Shown here: piece after piece, positions 30,061 to 40,189 of the stretch
Layout: the number at the start of each line of letters is the position of its first letter
How positions within the stretch are numbered: the first letter of the stretch is position 1
Assembly: GCA_050309775.1 (NCBI GenBank)
Contig: JBNRMV010000012.1
Coordinates: forward strand, 16,168 to 80,167
Length of the DNA: 64,000 nucleotides
DNA from: Christensenellales bacterium
Lineage (GTDB): Bacteria; Bacillota; Clostridia; Christensenellales; DTU072
Reading direction: 5' to 3'
Made by a program: the position numbers and the translations under genes
The notes under the pieces: generated by a model
The model's database searches: none
The model's input: only the letters and a program-made list of their open reading frames with translations
Told to the model about the DNA's origin: nothing

Positions 30061-30844
30061 CTTTGGTCAACTCCTCTTCTTCAATAACCGTATCTTCTTC
30101 TTTGTTGTGAATGATAATAATGTCAGAAAAGCCCTCGCCTTGCTCGGCAAAAGCAATTTGTTTCTTTAGTATTTCAAGCAGCGCAAGGAAAGTATTTATC
30201 ATTTCCAGTTTGGTAAAATCCTTTTCAAATAAACTAAAAAAGCTCAACTTTCCCTTCTCTCGGATTGTATTTGTTATTTCCAAAATCTTGTCGGAGATTG
30301 TAAAGCGTTCTTTAATGATAGTCTTTTCTTCTTCGGGTTTGTCCAGATGCTCTATCCTTTCCAAAAGCATTTTGAAACACTCTATCAGCCTGTCAAGACG
30401 AAACTCTTTTACTACTGCCCGATAATCCTTTTCTGTGAACTTGGGAGAGCGGTAAAACCTGTTCAATACTTCCATGTCGTGAAGTTTTTCGGCGGCTTCC
30501 TTGAATTTTTTGTACGCTTCAATACGCAAATAGAGGTTTTCTTCCTCGTTTATCATGTCTTCGTTGTCGTCTTCTATTTCGGTTTTGGGCAAGAATTTTG
30601 CAGATTTTATGGCAAGCAGCGTCGCCGCAAGGGTAATGTACTCAGCAATATATTCATAGTTCATTTCTTGCAAGTTTTGGACATATGCGACAAATTGGTT
30701 TGTTATATCGGTGATAAAAATATCCCGTATGTCTATTTTTGCCTCACGAACCATTGTTAAAAGCAAGTCCAACGGTCCATCAAACTCATGTTCTTCAAGG
30801 TGATATGTAACTTCGTTTATTGGTGAATAAATGATGCCGTCCAT
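30041..30844 (-). CDS. scpA: segregation and condensation protein A
   Basis: FDGPLDLLL, FLALLEI; ATG 30844 follows the upstream gene's stop. Confidence 0.93.
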   Translation of the reverse strand: MDGIIYSPINEVTYHLEEHEFDGPLDLLLTMVREAKIDIRDIFITDITNQFVAYVQNLQEMNYEYIAEYITLAATLLAIKSAKFLPKTEIEDDNEDMINEEENLYLRIEAYKKFKEAAEKLHDMEVLNRFYRSPKFTEKDYRAVVKEFRLDRLIECFKMLLERIEHLDKPEEEKTIIKERFTISDKILEITNTIREKGKLSFFSLFEKDFTKLEMINTFLALLEILKKQIAFAEQGEGFSDIIIIHNKEEDTVIEEEELTKDAEEYN

Positions 30845-30852
30845 ACGCCCTC

Positions 30853-31554
30853 TTATGCCACAAGCATAATTAGTTTTGCTATAAGCGAAGAAACCATGCC
30901 GAAAATGTCGAAATACCACAGTCCCAACCGCCTGAATATGCTGCCGAACAACACAAGCGCCAATATGCAATAAAAGCCGTAACGGTACATAAACTGTACA
31001 TATTTATTGTCGCTTTTTGTGAACAATGTCAAAAACTTAAACCCGTCAAGCGGATGAATGGGAAGCATGTTGAAGAAAGCCAACATAAAATTTATGCCGA
31101 CAAGATAAACCAGATAATAATACGCCAGCATTTTCAAAATAATGACTATTGCCGGTGAATTTACATTATAAGAGCTGATATATGGCGACACAAAATACAA
31201 TATCAACAAGCCCAGTCCGCCCAAAATAATGTTTGTCACGACGCCGGATAAGGACACAAGCAACATGCCTTTGCGGAAGTTCTTGAAGTTTCGCGGGTCT
31301 ACGGGAACGGGTTTTGCCCAACCAAAGCCTATAAAAAGCAGCATGAGCAAACCTATCAAATCAAAATGCACAACGGGGTTCAAGGTCAATCTGCCTCTGG
31401 ATTTTGCGGTATAGTCGCCGCACTTCATGGCGACATACCCGTGCGAAACCTCATGGAAGACTATGGCGGTGACGGCGGCAAGTAACATTGCGAGGATAAA
31501 AATCAATATCTCGGAGATATTTGCGCCGCCATCAAAAAACCTTGTAAAAATCAT
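30853..31554 (-). CDS. site-2 protease (M50) family
   Basis: HEVSH, GRLTLNP, GWAKPVPV, FNMLPIHPLDG. Confidence 0.9.
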   Translation of the reverse strand: MIFTRFFDGGANISEILIFILAMLLAAVTAIVFHEVSHGYVAMKCGDYTAKSRGRLTLNPVVHFDLIGLLMLLFIGFGWAKPVPVDPRNFKNFRKGMLLVSLSGVVTNIILGGLGLLILYFVSPYISSYNVNSPAIVIILKMLAYYYLVYLVGINFMLAFFNMLPIHPLDGFKFLTLFTKSDNKYVQFMYRYGFYCILALVLFGSIFRRLGLWYFDIFGMVSSLIAKLIMLVA

Positions 31555-31639
31555 TGTTACCTCTTTTATTCAATCCGATTTATAATAACAAGAAAACGCA
31601 TATTAGTCAAGCAAGGCATTGCAATCCGGTCAAATAAAA

Positions 31640-32908
31640 TCATTTAGAAGTATGTTTCTTTTTTTTCTTTTTTTTCACAAGGATTATTACGCTAAGGATT
31701 ATAATCAAAAGCAAAATGATAACAAACGGCCATAGATACATCAAAAAGTATACGGCGTTTTGCATGAATATAGAGAATTTTGGTTTTGATACCGTAACCG
31801 CAAGCTCCTCATTTGGCAATTTGTCGGAAATGTATTGATAATTGAGTTTATCAATTTTTTTGAACTGCAATGAAGAACGCTCCAGTCTGGGATAATCTTC
31901 ATTCAAGCGCAGATTTATTTCTATTTTGCCGAAATCCTGCCAATATTTTGCAGGAGTCAGGTAATATTTGAAATGTCTGATATATCCCGCCGAATTTGTG
32001 CCCAACCCTTGATTGTACTCAACTGTCAACTCAAGTTGCTCATTTGGCGAAAACTCTACATCATACAGCAAAGCGCCGACTAAGTAAGAATTATAATGTT
32101 CAAATGTGTCATCTGACAATACGTTCCCGAATAATGATTGATGCCATGGCACTTCGTCGGGATTTTTTTCTACTCCATATAGTATTGATTTATATGCGGT
32201 CTGCGCCATCAGTCTGTCTTCATATTTATTGTCATAATAATCTTGAAGATACTCATAAATATCGTCAATTTCAGAAACGCTGTACTCAAATCCGCCGAAT
32301 GCTATCTCCTGTCTGAATATTAGTCTTGCTTCGCTTGTATATTTTGATAAACTCAATGTGTCAACGCCGTTGCCTCTTTGACATCTGAAGTAATCTGTAA
32401 AGTAATAATCCTCTGGAATAAATTCAATGGTTATATCGTTATTATTATTTTTTACGGTATATTCGACAAAGCCGCTGCCATCTCCCAGCGGTGTGTTGTT
32501 ATATGCATTTTTGCTGAGTATTTTCTCCCAATCGTCATTGAAGTCTATGTCATTCATATTGTTTCCAAAGTATTCGACATCATAAGCAAGTTCGGTGTCG
32601 TTTCGTGATATCTTGACTTCTTTTGATACCATACCGCCTATGGGATAAAGGAACATATTTTTGACTGAAATGCTCTCATCTGTTATATTCTTCATTTGAT
32701 ATTTTGCCGTAACTTTGGCATACCGTAAATCGCTGAAATCGACATCAAGCGTTTCACTAAGTATTTTTACCTTGTCGTGCTTTTCAAAAATAATGCCTCT
32801 GCCATCTTCGGCGCGAATGGGAGCGGCGGAATTGGCATATGCCGTGGCGCCGCTTGAAATGCTGATTATGCACACAAAAATAAATACTATCAAAAAATAC
32901 TTTTTCAT
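31640..32908 (-). CDS. hypothetical secreted, C-terminally membrane-anchored protein
   Basis: signal peptide (AYA-NSA), YYLTPAKYWQDFG motif, C-terminal TM plus poly-Lys; own TTGACT-17-TATACT promoter. Confidence 0.7.
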   Translation of the reverse strand: MKKYFLIVFIFVCIISISSGATAYANSAAPIRAEDGRGIIFEKHDKVKILSETLDVDFSDLRYAKVTAKYQMKNITDESISVKNMFLYPIGGMVSKEVKISRNDTELAYDVEYFGNNMNDIDFNDDWEKILSKNAYNNTPLGDGSGFVEYTVKNNNNDITIEFIPEDYYFTDYFRCQRGNGVDTLSLSKYTSEARLIFRQEIAFGGFEYSVSEIDDIYEYLQDYYDNKYEDRLMAQTAYKSILYGVEKNPDEVPWHQSLFGNVLSDDTFEHYNSYLVGALLYDVEFSPNEQLELTVEYNQGLGTNSAGYIRHFKYYLTPAKYWQDFGKIEINLRLNEDYPRLERSSLQFKKIDKLNYQYISDKLPNEELAVTVSKPKFSIFMQNAVYFLMYLWPFVIILLLIIILSVIILVKKKKKKKHTSK

Positions 32909-32982
32909 TGCAGATTCCCAAAATCATAATATATTTATATGACAAGTATAATATCTTCCTTTACTGCAGTCAAGAAGAACAA

Positions 32983-33041
32983 TGCGGGCAAGACTTTTGA
33001 CATAGCTATCTAAAAGAATAGTTTGCCAAATCTCACCCGCA
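32983..33041 (-). terminator. long imperfect hairpin downstream of dacF
   Basis: TGCGGG..AGA.TTT...CTAT / ATAG...AAATCT..CCCGCA imperfect inverted repeat. Confidence 0.45.
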
Positions 33042-33055
33042 CAGTTATATTTTGC

Positions 33056-34219
33056 CTACTTTTTGAAACTCCAATTCTTCAACACTAGGCGCATTGCGTC
33101 AAAGATATTTTGTTTGTTGACATCATGGCGCAAACACAAGTCAGCGCAACTGCGGAGATTGCCTTCGGCGTCATATACTTCCGCTCTGCCGATGACGGTA
33201 TCCGCCTTTAACGGCGCTTTTAGCCCGTCATTTATCATAATCTTTATATTCGGAGTGACTTTTGAGCCCTTTTGAGAAAAAATCTTAAGGTCGTCCTTGC
33301 TGTAAACATCAATTTCCTGTTCCTTGCTTTTTGAAATTTTCAGATTATTTATTATGCTTTCTCCGGCTTTGAATACAACCTTTTGCTCATAGTTGGCAAA
33401 GGCATAATTAAACAGTTCGGAAACCTTTTTGAATCTTGTCTTGCTATCGGCTCCGCCAAGGACTGTGGCAATTACTCTCATATCCTTTCGCGCCGCAGAG
33501 GCCGACAGACAAAACATAGCATCATTCGTAAAGCCTGTTTTGCCGGCGTCACAACCCTGATAAAAGCGTACCAGCTTGTTGGTGTTGACCATTTCCGTCT
33601 TTCTACCATCGGGGTGAACATAATTTTCTATCCAAATCTTTGAATAATCATAATATTCTTTATATCCTAGCAGCTTTCTTGTCATAATTGTTACATCTCT
33701 TGCCGTAGAATACTGCTCTCCGCCGGGAAGTCCTGTTGTATTGCAAAAAAGCGTATTATTCATGCCAAGTTCCTTGGCATAACTGTTCATTTCCGCCACA
33801 AATGCCTCTATGCTGCCGCTTATTGCCTCGCCAAGCGCCACAGCCGCATCATTAGCGCTGCAAACAACCACACCTTTTATAAGGTCTTTTACCGGATATT
33901 CCTTGTTTGCGTCAAGGAACATTTGCGACCCGCCCATGCCCGAAGCAGTCTGACTGATAACCAATTTTTGATTTATGTCAAGTCTGCCCTCCTCGATAGC
34001 CTTGAATGTCAGGCAAAGGGTCATAATCTTTACCATGCTGGCTATGGGGCGCTTTTCGTCCTCATTGTATTTTGCAAGCACTGTTCCCGTGTCATCATCT
34101 ATCAAATAATAGCTTTTCACACCATCATTTTGGTTTGCTGCCAGCGCTGCGCCGCCAATCGGCACAAAAACCGCAGTCAAAACACATAGAATTATGGTAA
34201 TTATCAAAAGTTTTTTCAT
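33056..34219 (-). CDS. dacF: D-alanyl-D-alanine carboxypeptidase (DacF-like)
   Basis: ASMVK, GGSQMFL, SAND, NTNKLV, KTG; SD GAGGTGG. Confidence 0.82.
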   Translation of the reverse strand: MKKLLIITIILCVLTAVFVPIGGAALAANQNDGVKSYYLIDDDTGTVLAKYNEDEKRPIASMVKIMTLCLTFKAIEEGRLDINQKLVISQTASGMGGSQMFLDANKEYPVKDLIKGVVVCSANDAAVALGEAISGSIEAFVAEMNSYAKELGMNNTLFCNTTGLPGGEQYSTARDVTIMTRKLLGYKEYYDYSKIWIENYVHPDGRKTEMVNTNKLVRFYQGCDAGKTGFTNDAMFCLSASAARKDMRVIATVLGGADSKTRFKKVSELFNYAFANYEQKVVFKAGESIINNLKISKSKEQEIDVYSKDDLKIFSQKGSKVTPNIKIMINDGLKAPLKADTVIGRAEVYDAEGNLRSCADLCLRHDVNKQNIFDAMRLVLKNWSFKK

Positions 34220-34265
34220 TGTTCCACCTCTTATTTTTATTTTCTGCAACAAAGGTGGGAATATA

Positions 34266-34871
34266 CTAAAAAATCAGGTTAAACACTATGACAAACAATA
34301 TGTTATAGATTAAAAACGGCACAATATTTATGGCAAAATATCTCAAAATCAAATTAAAATACACCTTTCCTGGCGGACAACAAAGCGGCCTGCGCTTGCA
34401 GCGTGAATAACCCAGCGTAAAATACACCTTACAGCACAAATAAAAATAACAAAGCAGCGAAAAAATCAGAAGCGGCAGCCAATAGAACAAAAAATATATT
34501 GCGGCATATGCTCCGTCGAACATCAATGAAAGTATCATTGCTTTGAATACAATGCGAAAAAATATCAATAATACGACAAAATTGCCGATAAAAGCCAAAA
34601 AGTGCAGTCTTGCAAGCACAACAAAGGCATAAACAGCAGCAAAATATATCGCGCATTTCAGCAGGTACCAAAACACATTGAAGCTTGTTGTCTTTATCAG
34701 AATGATTATATTACCTTGAAATTCAACCTCTTTGTTACCGATATTTATCGACAAAAGCAAACCCAAAAAAAGACTTGAGCAAAGCGCTATCAGTACCAAC
34801 TTGTTTTCAGCGCAAATACGCTTAAAGTCAAGAAACAGATTGGAAAAATACCTTTTTATATTCAGTAACAT
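34266..34871 (-). CDS. SpoIIM-like polytopic membrane protein
   Basis: ~200 aa with about 5 hydrophobic helices, upstream of dacF, sigE-like -10 CATATATT; sequence divergent. Confidence 0.5.
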   Translation of the reverse strand: MLLNIKRYFSNLFLDFKRICAENKLVLIALCSSLFLGLLLSINIGNKEVEFQGNIIILIKTTSFNVFWYLLKCAIYFAAVYAFVVLARLHFLAFIGNFVVLLIFFRIVFKAMILSLMFDGAYAAIYFLFYWLPLLIFSLLCYFYLCCKVYFTLGYSRCKRRPLCCPPGKVYFNLILRYFAINIVPFLIYNILFVIVFNLIF

Positions 34872-34953
34872 ACTAAAATATATGTCGAAAATTAGGAAAT
34901 ATTATAACATATCATTCACATCATTTGGCACTAGTCAAGCAAACGGTCGGTAT

Positions 34954-35147
34954 AAGAAATGGTGCTGCATTTTTTGTCTGAAGTTATGAGAACTCAGGAA
35001 GTTTTATTACATATCAAGCAATATCTATTTGCATGGGCAAGCAAAGGGCAATTACAAGAAATGATGTTGCATTCTTTGTCTGAAGTTATGAGAACTCAGG
35101 AAGTTTTATTACATATCAAGTAATATCTGTTTGCATGGGCAAGCAAA
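34954..35147. repeat. 102-bp tandem duplication
   Basis: AAGAAATG.TG.TGCATT.TTTGTCTGAAGTTATGAGAACTCAGGAAGTTTTATTACATATCAAG...TTGCATGGGCAAGCAAA at 34954 and 35056. Confidence 0.95.
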
Positions 35148-35224
35148 AGCGTTATTGTAATGAAACAGTTGCTATTTTTATCCCAAAGCCCATGATAAAG
35201 ACATACTATATATATTTTTTTATG

Positions 35225-36277
35225 TTAGTTGCCTATCATCCAATCAATATAAACCCCATAACCCTTTGTTGAATCATTCAAAAACACATGAGTAACAGCT
35301 CCGACAAGTTTATCGTTTTGAATAATCGGAGAACCGCTCATACCCTGGACAATGCCGCCGGTTTTTTCCAACAATCTTTCGTCAGTGATTCTTATTACCA
35401 TACCTTTTTGTTCCGGAATGTCCTGCTTGGCATTTTTAATGATTTCTATTTCATATTTGTCGGGATTACAACCGTTTATAGTAGTGTAAATATGTGCTTT
35501 TCCCATTTTTACCTGACTTTTTGAGCCTATTGAAATCGGCTGCAACTCCTTAAAAACTTCTTTGTCGGCATATCCGAATATACCATAATTGTTGTTTTTA
35601 TCAATGTTGCCTTTAGGCTTGCCGCCTTTTTCAAAAACTCCGCGCAACTCACCTGCCTTGCCGCTGCTGCCCTTTATTGCTCCGACAATGGTACAGCCGA
35701 AAATTTTGCCTGATTTATATAAATCTATATCCGGGTTTGTGGTGTCATAAATGCGATGTCCCAGTCCGCCGAACCGTCCGTCCGATGCTCTTACATATGT
35801 CAATGTGCCTACGCCGACAATGTCATTTCTTGCAATGATACCCAGTTTATATTCATTTAATGCCTCATCAAAAGCTGGCAGTACTTTTGTTAATTCTTTG
35901 ACATTATTGCGTGTAAATTCTAATTTCAAAGGCTTTTTTCCCTTGCTAATATCTATAATTTTCTTTATGTCCGGAACTTTTGAAACGGTAATACCGTCAA
36001 TTTTTGTTATCAAATCTCCGACAGCCAGTCCGCTTTCTTTAGCCGGGCATCGCTTGCCGTCCTTGCCTATGACATCGACAAAATTCGTTATTACTACACC
36101 GCCGGAATCGGCAATTACACCAATGGGTATACCCCCTAAATAAACCTTTTCTTCAGCAACCGCCGATGTGCTTTCTTCAATATATAATCCCGACGCGTTT
36201 GCGCTGATATTAACTATCGGAATGAAAATAAATGTAAAACAAATCAAAAATAATACTATGTGAGCTATCTTCTTCAT
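35225..36277 (-). CDS. spoIVB: SpoIVB peptidase S55
   Basis: PDZ domain, GVGTLT, GLGH, GIVQGMSGSPIIQ, GAVTHVF. Confidence 0.94.
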   Translation of the reverse strand: MKKIAHIVLFLICFTFIFIPIVNISANASGLYIEESTSAVAEEKVYLGGIPIGVIADSGGVVITNFVDVIGKDGKRCPAKESGLAVGDLITKIDGITVSKVPDIKKIIDISKGKKPLKLEFTRNNVKELTKVLPAFDEALNEYKLGIIARNDIVGVGTLTYVRASDGRFGGLGHRIYDTTNPDIDLYKSGKIFGCTIVGAIKGSSGKAGELRGVFEKGGKPKGNIDKNNNYGIFGYADKEVFKELQPISIGSKSQVKMGKAHIYTTINGCNPDKYEIEIIKNAKQDIPEQKGMVIRITDERLLEKTGGIVQGMSGSPIIQNDKLVGAVTHVFLNDSTKGYGVYIDWMIGN

Positions 36278-36411
36278 TGGTAAATCTCCCTTCGAATTTT
36301 AGTTTGGGTAGGGAGTTTTTTTATATTATGGTAGCTTATCTTTGGAACATTTTGTATTATTTATGAAAATATAGTTCTAAATTAGCAACGAAATTGTAAT
36401 ACTATTCTAAA

Positions 36412-38118
36412 TTAGCGTTGTTTTTGGAGTAGTTTGTATTCATCTGCCCATGATTTGAGTTCTTTTGCATGGCTCAACCCTATTTGGCTGTTTTCTGCGC
36501 TGCCGGCTAAGCGCATGAGTTCGGCAAGCGTCTGGGCTTCGTCAAGCCTTGTTAGGTCGGTTATGGTCTTTCCTTCTTTGGTAGATTTTGAAATCAAATG
36601 GTGACAGTCGGACATTGACGCAAGTTGCGGCAAGTGCGTAACGGCAATGACTTGGCGAGATATAGCAATGTTATACAATTTCTTTGCCACCTCTTTGGCA
36701 ATTTTTCCTGAGATGCCCGTGTCAATTTCGTCAAACACAAGAGTGTCAATATCGTCAATATCTGCGATAACATTTTTAAGCGCAAGCATAAATCTGGACA
36801 TTTCGCCGCCGCTGGCAATTTTGGACAAGGGTTTGACCGGCTCTCCGAGATTTGGAGAAATCATAAATTCAATTTTGTCAGCGCCGTTCGGCGTCAGATT
36901 TTGCAAAATGTCCTCTTCGGTGTCGGGAAGTTCAATTTTTATTTCGAACACGGTATTTTTCATGCCGAGGTCATTCAGGTGACTTACAATGGCTTTTGAG
37001 AATGTTTGTGCGCTGTCTTTTCGGATTGCGCTCAATGTTTTGGCGCTTGCCACAAGCTCTTTTGTTACCTTAGATAAAGCATTGTTTAGTTTTGAGATAG
37101 TCAATTCTGCATTTTGCAGCAATTCCAGTCTGGTTTCGGCTTTTGACAAAAAGTTTTCGATATCTTCAATGGTCTTTCCGTACTTTTTCTTTAATAGTCG
37201 GATTTCTTCCAGTCTTTTTTCAATGTAATCAATATTTAGCGCATCCAAACCCTCTCCGCTGAGATTGTCGGATATTTCTTGACATATGTCGTCTATTTCG
37301 ATGCGCGCGCCCTCAAGTCGGTCAATAATTTCGGACAGGCTATCGTCATATCTCAATATATAGTTCAGTTCTGACAACGCTCTTGATATTTTCGCCGATG
37401 CACACTCCGCCATATCTCCGCCCAGGTTTTCATAAGCGGCAGACAACGCATTTGATATTTTCTGGAAGTTATAATACTTGTTTCTGTCGGCAAAAAGTTT
37501 TTCTTCCTCGCCCTCCGACGGCTTTGCGTTTATGATTTCGTCAATTTGGTATGTCAGCAACCCTATTTCACGAATGCGCTCTTCCTCATCGCCGAATTGG
37601 CTAAGTTCTTGAGTTATTTGACGATACTTTTGCAAATGCTCTTGATATATCTGTTTAGCCTGAGCGGTTTTTGCCGAATAATTGTCAAGAATTTTTAGTT
37701 GCGTCGGCAATTTCAATAGCGATTGATGCTCGTTTTGGGAATGAATATCGACAAGTTGCCCCACAACCGCGCGCAGCGTTGCAAGTGTTACGATACGCCC
37801 ATTTATGCGGCATTCGCTTCTGTCCTCTGTCATCATGCGGTTTATGACGGTATAATCGTCCTTTTCTATGCCGTATTCGTCCAAAATGCTGTCTAATTGG
37901 GCATTGTTATTGTCAAAGACGACCTCAACACGAGCCGTACTTTCTCCAAATCGTATCAACGAGCGGTCGGCTCTGTCGCCCAATACAAAATGCAGGGAAT
38001 CGATAATAATCGACTTGCCGGCGCCTGTTTCGCCGCTAAGGATATTCAGACCGCTGCCAAGTTCTATAGTAAGCTCTTGTATAAGAGCAATATTTTTTAT
38101 GCTGAGTGAAACAATCAT
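36412..38118 (-). CDS. recN: DNA repair protein RecN
   Basis: SGETGAGKS, ASGGEMSRFML, FDEIDTGISG, VTHLPQ. Confidence 0.96.
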   Translation of the reverse strand: MIVSLSIKNIALIQELTIELGSGLNILSGETGAGKSIIIDSLHFVLGDRADRSLIRFGESTARVEVVFDNNNAQLDSILDEYGIEKDDYTVINRMMTEDRSECRINGRIVTLATLRAVVGQLVDIHSQNEHQSLLKLPTQLKILDNYSAKTAQAKQIYQEHLQKYRQITQELSQFGDEEERIREIGLLTYQIDEIINAKPSEGEEEKLFADRNKYYNFQKISNALSAAYENLGGDMAECASAKISRALSELNYILRYDDSLSEIIDRLEGARIEIDDICQEISDNLSGEGLDALNIDYIEKRLEEIRLLKKKYGKTIEDIENFLSKAETRLELLQNAELTISKLNNALSKVTKELVASAKTLSAIRKDSAQTFSKAIVSHLNDLGMKNTVFEIKIELPDTEEDILQNLTPNGADKIEFMISPNLGEPVKPLSKIASGGEMSRFMLALKNVIADIDDIDTLVFDEIDTGISGKIAKEVAKKLYNIAISRQVIAVTHLPQLASMSDCHHLISKSTKEGKTITDLTRLDEAQTLAELMRLAGSAENSQIGLSHAKELKSWADEYKLLQKQR

Positions 38119-38564
38119 TTTTTGTGCATCAAAGTTTTTAGATATGTCATAACGCTTTCTACAAGGTCAAGGTTTTTTACTATTACCACCAAGGTGTCGT
38201 CACCGGCAAGTGTGCCAACAACACCTTCTATGTTGAGTTTGTCGATAATAACGCAGGCAGAATTTGCGCTGCCGCTCATTGTTTTGAGTACAATAAGGTT
38301 CATTGCCGTTTGGATGCTGACAACAGATTCTTTGAATATATTCAGCAATCGGGTGTTTTGGTCGTTTCCGGGGTTATAAAGATATTTATATCCTTTTGCC
38401 GAGGCGGCCTTGACAAGTCCAAGGTCTTTTATGTCCCGAGAAACCGTGGCTTGTGTAACACGAAAACCCGCCGCTATCAGTTCTTGCGTCAGTTCTGACT
38501 GTGTTTCAATATCCTTTTGGGCTATTAGTTCAAGTATTTTGTTGCGTCTGTCACTCCTTGTCAT
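38115..38564 (-). CDS. argR: arginine repressor
   Basis: TQATVSRDIKDL, GTLAGDDT; SD GGAGG before ATG 38564. Confidence 0.95.
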   Translation of the reverse strand: MTRSDRRNKILELIAQKDIETQSELTQELIAAGFRVTQATVSRDIKDLGLVKAASAKGYKYLYNPGNDQNTRLLNIFKESVVSIQTAMNLIVLKTMSGSANSACVIIDKLNIEGVVGTLAGDDTLVVIVKNLDLVESVMTYLKTLMHKK

Positions 38565-38565
38565 A

Positions 38566-39411
38566 TCAATCCTCCGAAAAGCTGCAATTGTTGAGTTTTT
38601 GTGAGATATTGTCAAAATAATTGTACCCTTCAAGCCTGACAAACTTTGCCGTAAGATTTGAACGGGCTATTGCCACGCTTTCGCCGACTTGCATTTCTGC
38701 GACATCTTCACCGTCAAGGTTCAAAAATGCCGATGGGTCTGCGCGCAGCAGATAAATTTTTACTTCCCTCTCATTGCTGATGACAAAGGGTCTGGATTTG
38801 AAAGAATGCGGACAAATCGGCGTCAGCACAAAGGCGCTGACATCGGGAGTTACTATGGGTCCGCCTGCCGAAAGAGAATATGCCGTCGACCCCGTCGGAG
38901 TGCTGACAATTAGCCCGTCCGAGCGTGTTCTGTTCATCAGTTGATTGTCGACCATTATGTCAAGATAGACCATTTTTGCACGGCTTCCTCTGGCTATAAC
39001 CAGCTCATTAAGCGCAAGGTACTTCTTGTTGCGGAATGTTACTTCCAGCATTTCTCTTTTTTCGGTCTTTGTCTTGTTTTTGCATATCAAGGCAATGGAT
39101 TTTTCGAGATTTGAGCGCTCAATTTCTGTCAAAAAGCCCAAGTTGCCGAGGTTTATGGCAAAAATAGCGCAATCGTGTTTTGCGCATTCCTGAACAATGC
39201 GCAGGATAGTTCCGTCTCCGCCGAATACAAAAATAATGTCTGAAAATGCCGCCAAATCTTCGTTCGGCAGATACTGACAATCAAAATTCAAGCAAGAAAG
39301 GTCAGAGCTTAATGCAAAAGGCAGCCCCTTTTTCTTCAAAACAGCGGCAAGCTGCAGCGTAGCCTTGCCATTGTCATCTCTTGTTAAATTAGAATAGATT
39401 CCGAAACGCAT
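38566..39411 (-). CDS. nadK: NAD kinase
   Basis: GGDGT, LNE, DGLIVSTPTGSTAYSLSAGG. Confidence 0.95.
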   Translation of the reverse strand: MRFGIYSNLTRDDNGKATLQLAAVLKKKGLPFALSSDLSCLNFDCQYLPNEDLAAFSDIIFVFGGDGTILRIVQECAKHDCAIFAINLGNLGFLTEIERSNLEKSIALICKNKTKTEKREMLEVTFRNKKYLALNELVIARGSRAKMVYLDIMVDNQLMNRTRSDGLIVSTPTGSTAYSLSAGGPIVTPDVSAFVLTPICPHSFKSRPFVISNEREVKIYLLRADPSAFLNLDGEDVAEMQVGESVAIARSNLTAKFVRLEGYNYFDNISQKLNNCSFSED

Positions 39412-39472
39412 TTTTTGTACCTTTTGCCTTTTTCATTATTATACATTATTATGTATAAAAAGTACAATATTT

Positions 39473-40189
39473 TTATTTACATCGCAAATATAACAAGTAT
39501 TCTTTATTTTTATCAGCAAAATATTCAGGCGCATTTATTGTGCCGACCACCTCAAACCCGTTATTGGCGCAAAATTCCTTAATGTCCGCTATTATTGTCT
39601 CAACAGTTTTTTGACTCTTAATTAAGCCCTTTTTGCTTAATTGGCTTTTTGTTGCTTCAAATTGCGGTTTAATCAGCGCAACAACCCTGCCGTTCAATTT
39701 CAAAATATTCCTGACACTAGGTAAGATCATTTTTAATGAAATAAAAGAAACATCTATGGTGACGAAATCAACTAATTCTCCGATATCATTGACTGACAGA
39801 TACCTTGCATTCAAGTGAGGCAAAAAAACTATTTTGTCCGACATAAGATATTGCGGAAAATCAATGTCACCGACATCCACGGCATAGACTTTTTTTGCGT
39901 TGTTTGAGAGCAACACCTCGCTGAACCCTCCGTGCGCCGCCCCTATATCCGCGCATACAAGGTCTTTTACTTTTATGGAAAATTCATCAAACGCCTTTTG
40001 CAGCTTAAAGCTGCCAAGCGATGCAAAGTCAGGTTGCGTGATTTTTATATTGTCATTTTCGGATACATAAACAGATGTTTTAGTAGCCTGTTCGCCGTTC
40101 AACAACACAAACCCCATTTTTATCAGGTTTGCCGCGCGGCTCCTGGAACGCGCAAATCCTTTTTCAAAAAGATAACTGTCCAGCCTCAT
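39473..40189 (-). CDS. tlyA: TlyA-family rRNA methyltransferase
   Basis: S4 domain, DIGAAHGGF, DVSFISL, LIKPQFE. Confidence 0.9.
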   Translation of the reverse strand: MRLDSYLFEKGFARSRSRAANLIKMGFVLLNGEQATKTSVYVSENDNIKITQPDFASLGSFKLQKAFDEFSIKVKDLVCADIGAAHGGFSEVLLSNNAKKVYAVDVGDIDFPQYLMSDKIVFLPHLNARYLSVNDIGELVDFVTIDVSFISLKMILPSVRNILKLNGRVVALIKPQFEATKSQLSKKGLIKSQKTVETIIADIKEFCANNGFEVVGTINAPEYFADKNKEYLLYLRCK

